Below, piece by piece: positions 9,805 to 19,239 of a stretch of DNA of 64,000 nt. The stretch lies in NCBI GenBank assembly GCA_963205105.1, contig CAUJJW010000351.1, positions 2,069 through 66,068 of the forward strand, given 5' to 3'. Each line of letters begins with the position of its first letter. Position 1 is the first letter of the stretch. Below the pieces are notes generated by a model, which did no database searches, was not told where the DNA came from, and saw nothing but the letters and a program-made list of their open reading frames with translations. Origin of the DNA: Verrucomicrobiota bacterium (GTDB taxonomy: Bacteria > Verrucomicrobiota > Verrucomicrobiia > Limisphaerales > CAIMTB01). The translations under genes and the position numbers were made by a program.

Positions 9805-10653
9805 TCAGGGCTGGGTACTGCCGGCAACGGTAGCCGAGCTGACGGGGCGTCCGGCGGTCGATTGGACGGGGCGGTTGTTGTGGTGGAGGCGATCGGCGAA
9901 AGCCTTCAACTGATCCGGGCTGGCGGTGATGGGATCGCGGAAGACGAACCACTCGACGTTTTCGGTGCAGGGGGGAGTGGTGAACGATCCGACGTAGCTG
10001 TAGGCGGGCGCGTTCGCGGGCAGGTGAACGGCCAGATCGAGTTTCTCGTCGGGCAGGTGAAGCGAGTCGCCTTTGGCTTTGGGGAAATGCGCGATCAACT
10101 TGGCGAGGTTGTCATTGGCGGGGCCTTCGACGAACAGGGCCGAGGCGACGGCGAAGTTTCCGGCGGCACTCTGGTGGACGAAGTGCACCTCCATGGGATA
10201 GTGGCGACCGTCGATGGTGTGCTCGCTGGGGGTGTGGAAGTGAAACTGTTTGAGGAGATAGGAGTCCTTGGTGGTGGTGAGGGTGCTGCCTTCATCCACG
10301 GTGACCTGAATCGTGTGGCCGTTGTCCACGATGTCGATGACGTGCTCGTGATGGGCGATGCGGAGGGACGTGGAGGTGTAATTCAGCTGGATCGGGCTGG
10401 GGGAGCCGGCGCCAGCCTGGGTGATATTGATAGGCGACTGACCGGCCTTGTGGTCGCAGGCGGCGTACGCGGGGCTGAGGTGGCCCCAATGCTTCGGGCT
10501 GGCCTCGCCTTCATACGCCCAGTGCACGGGGCGTGCGGAACCGGGAGTGGCGGTGGCGGTGGTCTTCTTGGAGGCTGGGGAATCCGGGGCGGAACAGCCG
10601 GAGACCAGGGTGAGGGCAGGGACGAGCCAGGGGAGGAGGATGGCGGGCTTCAT
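9805..10653 (-). CDS. alpha-class carbonic anhydrase, lipoprotein
   Basis: 282 aa with a lipobox (LVSGC). Alpha-CA motifs: HWAYEGEASPKHWG, SPINI, QFHFHTPSEHTIDG, MEVHFVH, SFTTPPCTENVEWFVF. Confidence 0.9.
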   Translation of the reverse strand: MKPAILLPWLVPALTLVSGCSAPDSPASKKTTATATPGSARPVHWAYEGEASPKHWGHLSPAYAACDHKAGQSPINITQAGAGSPSPIQLNYTSTSLRIAHHEHVIDIVDNGHTIQVTVDEGSTLTTTKDSYLLKQFHFHTPSEHTIDGRHYPMEVHFVHQSAAGNFAVASALFVEGPANDNLAKLIAHFPKAKGDSLHLPDEKLDLAVHLPANAPAYSYVGSFTTPPCTENVEWFVFRDPITASPDQLKAFADRLHHNNRPVQSTAGRPVSSATVAGSTQP

Positions 10654-10677
10654 GGTGAGTGGGAATGGGAGTCGGGA

Positions 10678-11370
10678 TTAGGGGCGTCGGTAGCCGGAGT
10701 TTTCGACCTGGACCTTCAGATTCTTGCCCTTGGCCTCCAGGGTGGTGGTGCTGGGGTAGGTGGCGTTGTTGTCGAGCAACCCGAAGCGCACGTCCATCGA
10801 CACCGGTTCCTTCTGTGAATCCAGGTACGTCGAGACCTTGGCTTCCAGCGGTCGGCTGGAGGTGAGGTCGAGTTCGAGGATGAGGCTGTCTCCCGATTTG
10901 AGGTAGTCGGCGAAGGTCAACCGCACCTGGTTTCCTGGCTGGGGCGTGATCGAGACTTTGCCGGCATCCTTGGCGGCTTGGATTCGGGCTTGGTCCGGCG
11001 GGACGTATTGCTTCACCAGGGTAACCGCCTCGTGCATGTAGTCGGCGAGTTCCTCCTTCTTGGCTTCGGCGATCTTGCCGCGCAGGCCGCGTTTTTTGGC
11101 GGCAGGGGCGGGCGCGGTGACCGGGACCTTTTGAACCTTGCCGTCGGCGCCGTGGTAACAGCGGTTCATTTGCCGCGATTTCTCCTCGCCCTTGAGGCTG
11201 ATGACGGTGGTTTCCATCCATTCGTACGGCTTCAGCAGGGCCTGGCTGGCGGCGAGATTGGCCTTGAGCGTGGCCACCCGTTCGGCGGTGGTCGGTTGCT
11301 GGCCATGGGCAAGGGTTGCCGCTGACAGAATCCACGCGGCGCAGAGAACGTTTCGGATCGAGGTCTTCAT
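10678..11370 (-). CDS. hypothetical secreted protein
   Basis: ORF 10678..11436, with the ATG at 11370 giving signal peptide MKTSIRNVLCAAWILSAATLAHG. Composition looks coding. I did not recognise a family. Confidence 0.6.
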   Translation of the reverse strand: MKTSIRNVLCAAWILSAATLAHGQQPTTAERVATLKANLAASQALLKPYEWMETTVISLKGEEKSRQMNRCYHGADGKVQKVPVTAPAPAAKKRGLRGKIAEAKKEELADYMHEAVTLVKQYVPPDQARIQAAKDAGKVSITPQPGNQVRLTFADYLKSGDSLILELDLTSSRPLEAKVSTYLDSQKEPVSMDVRFGLLDNNATYPSTTTLEAKGKNLKVQVENSGYRRP

Positions 11371-11432
11371 GAGAACTGGGTGAGTGGGAAGTGCAGTTGC
11401 CGGGTTGGGTGGATGGGGGTGAGAAATGCCGA

Positions 11433-11795
11433 TCAAGGGTTGGATGGATGCAATGGCTTGAGGATCAGGTCCCGGAGCTGGAGCAGGTCCTCCTTGGGAA
11501 CAAAGGCGTCCGCGCCAGCCTGGATGGCGAGGTCGCGGAGATGCGGGTTGGCGTATTGGGTGATCACCACGACATGAACGGTCGGCTGGTGGTTTTTGAT
11601 CCAGGCGGTGACCGCGAAACCGTCCATCCCTGGCATCACCAGATCCACGATCATCCAGTCGGGACGATTTCGAGTCGCCTGATTCATGGCGGACAAGCCA
11701 TCGGCAACGTCCTCAATGTCCTCGGCGACGTCCGACAGGAGCCTGCGGACCAGGGTCCGGATCTCGGGATTGTCATCGACGATGAGGATGCGCAA
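11433..11795 (-). CDS. single-domain response regulator (CheY-like receiver)
   Basis: 120 aa. Reads MRILIVDDNPEIR...DWMIVDLVMPGMDG...VVVITQY...AGADAFVPKE. Confidence 0.85.
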   Translation of the reverse strand: MRILIVDDNPEIRTLVRRLLSDVAEDIEDVADGLSAMNQATRNRPDWMIVDLVMPGMDGFAVTAWIKNHQPTVHVVVITQYANPHLRDLAIQAGADAFVPKEDLLQLRDLILKPLHPSNP

Positions 11796-11943
11796 CGGAG
11801 GATGTCCCGCGGGTTGATCGGGATGGGACGATTGTGCACGTCCGACGACTGAGGGGAATCGGTGGGGCTCCGGGACCGCTCTGCGTAGGAGTCCCCGGAC
11901 CTCTGCGTAGGTTCACCGAGGCCGAATGGCCCTGGTACGGGGA

Positions 11944-12600
11944 TCAGAGCTGGGACCGGTGTTTGATGGCGAATTCCAGGAGCTTGTTGGCGCCCTGGAG
12001 ATCGAGTTTGCGGCAGAGATTGGCGCGATGGGTTTCGACGGTGCGCGGGCTGATGAAGAGTTCGGCGGCGATTTCCCGGCTGGTTTTGTTTTCGCTGACG
12101 AGTTGGAGGACCCGGTTTTCGGTGGGGGTGAGGGAGGCGAGGCCGGTTTTTTCCTCCTTCAGCGCGGAGGCCCGCTGCCGGCGCTTCAGGAGGAAGGCGG
12201 AGGCTGCGGGACTGACGTAAACACCGCCGGCGGTGACGGTGCGAAGACCGAGCAGGACGGCCTCCAAGGCTTCCTCCTTGATGAGGTAACCGCTGGCACC
12301 GGCGTCCATGGCCGCGTTGAAGCTGCCTTCGTCGGCGTTCATCGTCAGGATCAGGCACGGCGGGGCGTCGGGGCTTTTGCGGATGGCACGAACGAGGGCA
12401 ACGCCGTTGAGTTTGGGAATGTTGATGTCCACGAGCACGACGTCGGGCTTGAAGCGTGAACAATATTGGAGGGCGGATTCGCCGTCGCCGGCTTCGGCGA
12501 CCAGCTGGAAGGCGGGATCGGATTCGATGATCTGCCGGAGACCGTGTCGGAGGATGGGATGATCATCGACGATGAGGACGGTGGTTTTGCCGGGTTTCAT
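11944..12600 (-). CDS. NarL/LuxR-family response regulator
   Basis: 218 aa. The receiver reads VLIVDDHPILRHGL...DVVLVDINIP. The C-terminal LuxR HTH reads LTPTENRVLQLVSENKTSREIAAELFISPRTVETHRANLCRKL. Its start overlaps the kinase stop (ATGA at 12597-12600). Confidence 0.9.
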   Translation of the reverse strand: MKPGKTTVLIVDDHPILRHGLRQIIESDPAFQLVAEAGDGESALQYCSRFKPDVVLVDINIPKLNGVALVRAIRKSPDAPPCLILTMNADEGSFNAAMDAGASGYLIKEEALEAVLLGLRTVTAGGVYVSPAASAFLLKRRQRASALKEEKTGLASLTPTENRVLQLVSENKTSREIAAELFISPRTVETHRANLCRKLDLQGANKLLEFAIKHRSQL

Positions 12601-15600
12601 GTCGAATCCGGGGATGGGGGTAGGCTGAGTGTGAGGGTGATCCGGGTGCCCCGGCCGGTGGAGGATTGCAGGTCCAATCGGCCATTCAGGACCTTGGCGC
12701 GTTCCGCCATGGTGGAAAGGCCGAGGTGGGAGCCCTGAGAAGAGTGGGCGAGTTGAGCCTCGGGAGAAAAGCCCGTGCCATTGTCGTAGAGGGAAACGCG
12801 GATACTGCGGCCCTCGCGTTTGACCTCCAGGATAGCGTGTGAGGCGGCCGCGTGTTTGGCGACATTGTTGAGGGCCTCCTGGATGATCCGGTACAGGTGG
12901 ATTTCCCGTTCGGTTCCGAGCTGGCCATCGATGCAGTCCAGTTCGGTTTCGAAGCGAGTGGGCGATGATTCAGCGACCTTTTCGACCATCCATTCGATGG
13001 CGCGTGTGAGGCCGGTTTGTTCGAGGGCGGGAGGTCGGAGGGCGGAGGAAATGGCGCGCACTTCGGCAATGGCGCGCAGGGTGTGCTGGGAAATTTCGCC
13101 GATCTCGTGGGCCAGGTTGCCGGGTGGGGCAGGCTGGGTGGCGATCATGCGGAGGCGGTTGTTGATGAGCATGAGGTTCTGACCCAGGCCATCGTGCAGA
13201 TCCGCGGCGATGCGTTTGCGTTCGGTTTCCTGCGATTCGATGAGGGCGCGGGAGATGCTCTCCTGATTTCGGCGTGCCTTCTGGAGTGCTTGGACGCGGC
13301 GGCGATAGAAGCTGACGAGCGCGGCGACCACGGAGATGCATGCGATCGTGCGGAACCACGCGGTCTGCCACAGATGGGGTTGGATATGGATGGCGAGGGC
13401 GGCGCCCGCATCGTTCCAGGCGCCATCGTTGTTGGCGGCGCGAACCCGAAACAGGTATTGGCCTGGGGGCAGACCCTCGAAGGTGGATTGACGACGGATG
13501 CCGGCGTCTTGCCATTCGGAATCATGATTCTCCATCCGGGTTTGGAAGCGGACTTTTTCGGGTGCGGAGAAACTCAGGGCCGAGTAGCGGATCTCGATGC
13601 CGTCGCCACCGGGTGGAATGCGAACCGCGGAATCGAAGGGTGGGAGCAACTGCTCCACCAACCGCCTGCCGGACGGCGGTGGCTCCCCTCCAAGGTCGAG
13701 GGACTTTCCAGCTGGCGGGTTCGAGCGTGCGCGGGTGGATGCACGGGCGGGTTCGGTTCGAAACGCGATGGACTCGATCTGGATGGGCGGTGGCCGCTGG
13801 TTCGGATGGAAGTCGTCGGGATGGATGGTGGCGACGCCCTTGAGGGTGGCGAACCAGAGCCTTCCGGAAGGGTCAGCGGTGCAGATGGGCTGAAGTCCGC
13901 TGGGGCAATCCACGCTGACCAGACCGTCATGAGTATCCAGTAACTGGCAATGGATGCGGGACGCCCGGCCCTCGACCACGTCCTGGAGGTGGGAGCGGCT
14001 GACGCGGACAATGCCCTGTCGGGAGGGCATCCAGAAGAAGCCGTGGCGATCTTCCAGGATGGCGTGGACACCACGTGCGGGAAAACCCGTTGCGGCGTCG
14101 AGGCGGGTGGTTCGGTTGGGATGCCAGTGGAGGAGTCCGGCATTGCGGGTGCCCATCCAGACGGAGCCATCCGCGTTGGGTGCCAGGCTCAGAATGTCGC
14201 GCAACGGTTCGTGCGCCTCGTTGAACACCTCGATGACCTGTCGATCTTCGAGCCGGAAGACTCGTTCTGTGGTGGAGAACCAGAGGATCTGGCCGGGTTG
14301 TTCGGCCATGCTGACGACGCCAGGCAATCGTTTGCCCGAAAGGTCGGAGAACGGGTGAATGACCCCGGACTCCACGAACGCCAGGTCACGGTCGCCTCCC
14401 AGCCAGACGCGCCCGTGCGAGTCCTCGAACATCGACATGATGCTGGGACTTTCGAGCTGGGACGCGGGGATTTGTCGCATCCCTTGGGGTTCTCGAAGCC
14501 AGGCGCCGCGGTAACCGGTGCCCATCCACGTGCGGCCGACGCGGTCGCGGAGCACGCATTGGCCGTAGACCGTTTTGCTGGCGACCCCCAATTCCTCGAT
14601 CCGTCTGAACTGTCGGTCTTCATGGTGGAACAACCCGTATCCATAGGTGGCGACATAGACGTTGTCCTGACCATCGGGCCAGACCGAGCGGACGTTTTGC
14701 TCCGACAGCCCATGATCCTTCCCCACGACGAGAAACCGGCGGTTCTTGAATCGAAGGATGCCACCGCCGCTGGTTCCCACCCACAGGTTCTGTTCCTGAT
14801 CCTCGAAGGTGAAACGGGTGCAGTCGTAGGTCAGTCCGTTCGTGGTGGTCCATCGATGGAATCCGCCGTCGGGACGTATCCGGCAGATGCCCTTGATGTA
14901 GCTGGAGACCCAGACATTGCCGGCCCGATCCTCGGCCACGCTCCAGATGGCCTTGGGTTCCTCGGGCAGCCGAATGACGCCGGTCTTCACACCGCGCCGC
15001 CAGCGCTGCAATTCATTGCGCACCACGAGCAGCAGGCTTCCGTCCTGGCCGGTTCCGGCCCCCACTTCATCGGCGACCTGTTCATGGAGTCGAATCGTTT
15101 CCACCCAGCGTTCGCCGTCCCAGAGACCGACGAAACGGTTTTGGATGACCCACCAGCGCCCTTCTTCATCGGCGTGTGCATAATAACCGCGGCCTGGTTC
15201 GCCGGGCGGGCTGGGCAGGGGTCGAAGCCGGTCGTTGGCCAGTTCCATGACTTGGCCATTGAACGTGGTCAGCAGCAGGTCGCCATTGCCGCGTTCAGCG
15301 AAGGTGCGGACGAAGTCGCCCACCCAGCCTTCCGCGGGGCCGTAGGTGCGCCACTCGCGGTCAGTGCGGCAGACCAGCCCGCGGTCCGTGCTGATCCAGA
15401 GCCGATGTCGTCTGTCGAGGTGGAGGTTGACGATGAAGGCACTTGGCAGCTGCGGCGTGTTGACGGGAGTGAGGACGGAGAACCGGACGCCATCGAAACG
15501 AACGAGGCCGCTGAAGGTTCCGAACCAGAGATAGCCATCGGGTGTCTGGACCATCGCGGTGGCCGAGTTCTCGGGCAGGCCCTGCTCGGTTTGCCAGCTG

Positions 15601-15728
15601 TCGATTTGGTAATCGGTGTCTTCCGACGACCAAGCCGGGCGGTCGATGGCAGGCGCGACGGTTGTCGCGACCGCACCGACGGTGGTGTTGAGGCCTGCGA
15701 GCCAGATCACGCCCAGGAGCATGACCAT
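12597..15728 (-). CDS. sensor histidine kinase with periplasmic two-component-regulator propeller / Y_Y_Y-type sensor, HisKA_3 + HATPase
   Basis: ORF 12597..16082. I place the start at the ATG at 15728 (MVMLLGVIWLAGLNTTVGA), because the upstream ORF part is built from intergenic repeats. Repeated propeller motifs are present (LWFGTFSGLVRFDG, LWVGTSGGGILRF, VWLGGDRDL, FWMPSRQGIVRV). There is a TM helix (WFRTIACISVVAALVSFY), an H-box (AADLHDGLGQNL), and an ATPase region (NNVAKHA, YDNGTGF, GLSTMAERA). Confidence 0.85.
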   Translation of the reverse strand: MVMLLGVIWLAGLNTTVGAVATTVAPAIDRPAWSSEDTDYQIDSWQTEQGLPENSATAMVQTPDGYLWFGTFSGLVRFDGVRFSVLTPVNTPQLPSAFIVNLHLDRRHRLWISTDRGLVCRTDREWRTYGPAEGWVGDFVRTFAERGNGDLLLTTFNGQVMELANDRLRPLPSPPGEPGRGYYAHADEEGRWWVIQNRFVGLWDGERWVETIRLHEQVADEVGAGTGQDGSLLLVVRNELQRWRRGVKTGVIRLPEEPKAIWSVAEDRAGNVWVSSYIKGICRIRPDGGFHRWTTTNGLTYDCTRFTFEDQEQNLWVGTSGGGILRFKNRRFLVVGKDHGLSEQNVRSVWPDGQDNVYVATYGYGLFHHEDRQFRRIEELGVASKTVYGQCVLRDRVGRTWMGTGYRGAWLREPQGMRQIPASQLESPSIMSMFEDSHGRVWLGGDRDLAFVESGVIHPFSDLSGKRLPGVVSMAEQPGQILWFSTTERVFRLEDRQVIEVFNEAHEPLRDILSLAPNADGSVWMGTRNAGLLHWHPNRTTRLDAATGFPARGVHAILEDRHGFFWMPSRQGIVRVSRSHLQDVVEGRASRIHCQLLDTHDGLVSVDCPSGLQPICTADPSGRLWFATLKGVATIHPDDFHPNQRPPPIQIESIAFRTEPARASTRARSNPPAGKSLDLGGEPPPSGRRLVEQLLPPFDSAVRIPPGGDGIEIRYSALSFSAPEKVRFQTRMENHDSEWQDAGIRRQSTFEGLPPGQYLFRVRAANNDGAWNDAGAALAIHIQPHLWQTAWFRTIACISVVAALVSFYRRRVQALQKARRNQESISRALIESQETERKRIAADLHDGLGQNLMLINNRLRMIATQPAPPGNLAHEIGEISQHTLRAIAEVRAISSALRPPALEQTGLTRAIEWMVEKVAESSPTRFETELDCIDGQLGTEREIHLYRIIQEALNNVAKHAAASHAILEVKREGRSIRVSLYDNGTGFSPEAQLAHSSQGSHLGLSTMAERAKVLNGRLDLQSSTGRGTRITLTLSLPPSPDST

Positions 15729-15743
15729 CGCGCTGCTTAAGAC

Positions 15744-16005
15744 TGACCTGCTCACGGCCCATGAACCGGGGCGCGAGGAGTGGAGCGAGCGGCCCTCACC
15801 CCGGGCCTCTCCCGGAGGGAGAGGAAAAACATTCCCCGCGGGTTTCGGAGGGTGGAGCAGGAGTTTGTCAGCAGCGAGTCGCGACGGCTCGGATGGCTGG
15901 AGTGCGGGCATGACGCCGTGCGGCATATGCGACTCCCTCTCCCCCCGGGAGAGGGTTGGGGTGAGGGAGCCCGTTTCAACCCTCGCGAAGGCTTCCATGG
16001 GAAGG
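15744..16005. repeat. repeat-filled intergenic cassette (shared end motif plus inverted pair of 32-nt hairpin units)
   Basis: TGACCTGCTCACGGCCCATGAACCGGGG at 15744-15771 recurs at 19240 and 61827. CCCTCACCCCGGGCCTCTCCCGGAGGGAGAGG (15793-15824) and its inverted copy (15936-15967) each contain a CTCTCCCGG/CCGGGAGAG hairpin. A possible right end, TTCCATGGGAAGG, lies at 15993-16005. Confidence 0.65.
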
Positions 16006-16078
16006 CAATCCCGCAACCAGCCGTATCGCCGGCTCTCACCCTGGGCACGGGCCGCGGACTTTCCTGGGTGCGACGACG

Positions 16079-16795
16079 TCATCCTCCGGGCGATTTCCCG
16101 TTCTTCAGGCGGCCATCCTCCATGTGCACGGTGCGATCGAAGACGTCGAGCGCCCGGGCGTCGTGGGTGACCACGATGACGGCGGTGCCGTGTTCGTGGG
16201 CGACGCGGGCGAACAGTTCCATGACCTGCCGGCCGCGATGGCTGTCGAGGGCGGCGGTGGGTTCGTCGGCGAGAATGAGGCTGGGGTGATTGGCGAGGGC
16301 ACGGGCCACGGCCACCCTTTGCTGTTCGCCGCCTGAGAGCGCATCGGGGAGGTTGTCCGCCCGCGTGCCCACCCCAAGGTACTCCAGCAATTCCATGGCC
16401 CGTTGGTGCGCCGCGCGCGGTGGGACGTCGTTGACCTCCAGCGCCACCTGGACGTTCTCGCGGGCGTTGAGGAAGGGAATCAGGTTCGCCTTCTGAAACA
16501 CAAACCCCAGGTTTTTTCGTCGAAAAGCCCGCAGATCGACCAGCGCCCGGTCGCCGTCCATGACCAACTGGCCTCCAATGCGGATCTGACCGGAGGTGGG
16601 TGGGTTGATGAGGGCCATGGCGGTGAGCAGGGTGGATTTTCCCGCGCCGCTGGGGCCGAGCAAGGCGACAATTTCGCCACGGGCGACCCGCAGGGTGACG
16701 TCCTGAACCGCCACCACCTCCGTGTGGCCGTGGCCATAAATCTTGGTCAGCCGGGTGGCTTCGACGCCGGGCACGGATTCCATGGAGGAGCTCAT
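16079..16795 (-). CDS. ABC transporter ATP-binding protein (MacB/LolD/DevA-like)
   Basis: ORF 16079..16957, with the start at ATG 16795 (MSSSMESVPGVEATRLTKIYG). Walker A is GPSGAGKST, the signature is LSGGEQQRVAVARAL, and Walker B is LILADEPT. The start overlaps the permease stop (ATGA). Confidence 0.9.
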   Translation of the reverse strand: MSSSMESVPGVEATRLTKIYGHGHTEVVAVQDVTLRVARGEIVALLGPSGAGKSTLLTAMALINPPTSGQIRIGGQLVMDGDRALVDLRAFRRKNLGFVFQKANLIPFLNARENVQVALEVNDVPPRAAHQRAMELLEYLGVGTRADNLPDALSGGEQQRVAVARALANHPSLILADEPTAALDSHRGRQVMELFARVAHEHGTAVIVVTHDARALDVFDRTVHMEDGRLKNGKSPGG

Positions 16796-18006
16796 GTGGC
16801 GAGAACGGTGTTGGCCTCGACGTTCAAGGCCTTCCCGATGCCCAGGAGACTGGCGAGCATCGAGATTCCCAGGACGATGAAGGCGAGTTGGACGAGGTCG
16901 GCGGTTTCGATCACGACGAGGCGCGGGAAGTGGGGGAAGGCGAAGCCACCCAACCACCAGGCCAGGGCATAGCCGAGAACGCCCATGAGGAGTGCCTGTT
17001 GGAAGATGAGCCCGATGATGACCCGGTTGCGTGCGCCGATGAGTTTGAGCAGGGCGATGTCGCGGATTTTGTCGAGAGTCAGGGTGTAGATGATCAGGGC
17101 GATGATGATGGTGGAGATGATAATGAGCAGGGCCCGGAACAGCCCGAGTTGTCGGCGGGCCTTGTCGACCATGCCAGACAGCAGAAGGTCCTTCTGCTGC
17201 TGGGTGGAGTAGACGGTGACGTCGGGCCAGGTCGATAGGGTGGCGGCGACACGGGCTGGGTCGGCGCCTTCACTGAGAGTCACCAGGATGGCACTGACCT
17301 GCGGCGGACCGAGAGCTGGCAGTTCGCTGGTTGGACCGAGGGCCCTTTCGGACAGCTGGGGTGTCACGCGGCCGAGATCCAGGTTCTCGAGCCGGGCCTG
17401 TCGTGCGGCACGTTCCAAACGGACCGCCTCGCCGGGGACATCGAATTGAACCGCCATGGCGTCGCTCACTGTGAGAAAGGCCAGACCGTCACCGCCGGAA
17501 CCGACCATGCCCCGGGTCAGCCCGACCACCTCGTACATGTCCTTGCCCAGCCTCACCCTTTCGCCGAGCGGCAGCTGGAGGGACTGGTCCGCAATCATCT
17601 CGAAGTGGGCTTGTCGGAGTGGCCGGCCTGCCACGAGTGGCGCCCAGTCGCCCCGGTCCTCCGGCCACGAGAGACCCTGCACCACCAGGCGCAAGGCGCG
17701 TCCCTGGTGCTCGCGCTGGAACGTGTGGGAAACGAAACGGCGCGCGACCGCCACCCCGGGCACTGCCCGGACCCGGTCCTCCAGATTGGCTGGAAGCCTG
17801 GAAACCTCGGCGAACGGTCCCCGGGTGCTTCCTTGCACCACCCACAGATCCGCGCCCACCCGGTCGACCAACAAAGTCGCCTCGTGGATCAGCCCTCGGT
17901 AGATGCCGCCCATGCCCATGACGATCATGAGCAGAAGCCCGATGCCCACGCTGGTGAGCACAAACCGGCCGGCATGATGCCGGACATCGCGAACGGCGAG
18001 GTTCAT
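16792..18006 (-). CDS. ABC transporter permease, FtsX/MacB-type (DevC-like)
   Basis: 404 aa. It has an N-terminal TM (FVLTSVGIGLLLMIVMGMGG), a large periplasmic domain, and three C-terminal TM helices of the FtsX type. The start overlaps the MFP stop (ATGA at 18003-18006). Confidence 0.85.
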   Translation of the reverse strand: MNLAVRDVRHHAGRFVLTSVGIGLLLMIVMGMGGIYRGLIHEATLLVDRVGADLWVVQGSTRGPFAEVSRLPANLEDRVRAVPGVAVARRFVSHTFQREHQGRALRLVVQGLSWPEDRGDWAPLVAGRPLRQAHFEMIADQSLQLPLGERVRLGKDMYEVVGLTRGMVGSGGDGLAFLTVSDAMAVQFDVPGEAVRLERAARQARLENLDLGRVTPQLSERALGPTSELPALGPPQVSAILVTLSEGADPARVAATLSTWPDVTVYSTQQQKDLLLSGMVDKARRQLGLFRALLIIISTIIIALIIYTLTLDKIRDIALLKLIGARNRVIIGLIFQQALLMGVLGYALAWWLGGFAFPHFPRLVVIETADLVQLAFIVLGISMLASLLGIGKALNVEANTVLAT

Positions 18007-19217
18007 GGGGCGTGGATGCGTTGGCCCTCGTTGAGGGGCTGCTTCTGGCCGGCGGGCGGTTTCACCACCACATCTCCCTCGGACAACCCCTGGATGATTT
18101 CGAGGCTCTTCGGTCCGCGGAGACCGGGAACGACGTCACGCCAACGCGCCTTGCCGGCGTCGTCGACCATCACGCCGGGTTTTCCGTCGCGCCAAAGAAC
18201 GAAGGACTGTGGAACGACCACCACCCCTGAGGTGCGACCCGTCTCGATGAACACCTCGGCCCGCTGCCCCAATGTCCAGCGTTCGGGCAGTTGTTTGACG
18301 CGCACATCCATGACGAACTCCCGAGTCTCGCGATCCGCCTCGCGCCCGAGTCGAGCGACTTCGCCTTCATACGTCTTCGAAGGCTCGGAACGGAACACGA
18401 CACGGGCCGGTTGTCCCTCCTTCAAGGCGGTGACGGCGGTTTCATCGACCCAGGCCGACACCCAGATGTCATGGGCGACCAGCTGAAGAATGGACGAGCC
18501 CGGGACCACGACGCCGCCCGGGTCGCGGTCGCGACGGGTGATCAATCCATCGTAGGGGCTCAGCATTTCGGTGAAGGCGAGCTGCTCCCGGCGGAAGAGC
18601 AGGGACTTTTCGGCGGTGAACACCTGGCTCTCCGCCTCCCGGTTTGCCGACTGCGCCCGTTTCAAGTCGGCTTCCGCGACCTGCAAGGCTTCCGAGGCTT
18701 TGTCGAAATCGGCCTGGGAGGAAATCCGTCCGGCCAGGAGTTCGGAGGAGCGTTGGTGCTCCTGTTGTGCCTGTTTGAGCACCGCCTGGGCGCGGGGGTC
18801 ATCGGCGAGCACGCGATCGACGGTGGCCTTGGCGGCCGCGAGGGCAGCCTCGGCGATGGCGACCTGCTGTTTCGTTTCACCATCATCCAGGCGGGCGAGG
18901 CGTTGGCCGGCCTTCACGACGTCCCCCTGATCGACCAGCACCTCGGCGAGTCGTTCCTGAATGCGCGGACTGATGGTGGTCTTGACCCGGGCCTCCAGGG
19001 TGCCGGTACCCATGACCTCACCCCGGACTTCGCCGACCGTCACCTGATGCGCGGTCACCGGCAACGGCCGGAATTTCAACCGGTAACCAGCGAACGCGAT
19101 GAGTCCAGCCACGGCGAGCCAAGCGAGTGGGCGGCCCAGCGGTCGGCGCCTTCGGACGGGTAGCGGAGTCTTGGAAACCGGACTGGACCGCTGGGAAGGG
19201 TCGGTGAGTGGGCTCAT
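18003..19217 (-). CDS. HlyD/MFP-family periplasmic adaptor subunit (DevB/MacA-like)
   Basis: ORF 18003..19250. The listed start is a GTG inside a repeat element, so I prefer the ATG at 19217 (MSPLTDPSQ...). It has a TM anchor (LAWLAVAGLIAFAGY), a lipoyl-like motif (VLVDQGDVVKAGQRLARLDDGE), and a coiled-coil hairpin. Confidence 0.85.
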   Translation of the reverse strand: MSPLTDPSQRSSPVSKTPLPVRRRRPLGRPLAWLAVAGLIAFAGYRLKFRPLPVTAHQVTVGEVRGEVMGTGTLEARVKTTISPRIQERLAEVLVDQGDVVKAGQRLARLDDGETKQQVAIAEAALAAAKATVDRVLADDPRAQAVLKQAQQEHQRSSELLAGRISSQADFDKASEALQVAEADLKRAQSANREAESQVFTAEKSLLFRREQLAFTEMLSPYDGLITRRDRDPGGVVVPGSSILQLVAHDIWVSAWVDETAVTALKEGQPARVVFRSEPSKTYEGEVARLGREADRETREFVMDVRVKQLPERWTLGQRAEVFIETGRTSGVVVVPQSFVLWRDGKPGVMVDDAGKARWRDVVPGLRGPKSLEIIQGLSEGDVVVKPPAGQKQPLNEGQRIHAP

Positions 19218-19239
19218 GGGAAGCTTTCTGTTAAAGATG

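Noticed and set aside
13950-15740. 596-aa plus-strand ORF (and 13017..13943, 308 aa)
   Set aside because: Antisense to the sensor histidine kinase. No recognisable motifs, and the composition is typical of shadow ORFs.
15729-16082. N-terminal 118-aa extension of the histidine-kinase ORF up to 16082
   Set aside because: The extension is translated from intergenic repeat elements (TPTLSRGERE / PLPPGEARGEG strings derive from the 32-nt hairpin units). It would abut the upstream ABC ATPase stop. The TM-like start MVMLLGVIWLAG at 15728 is more plausible.
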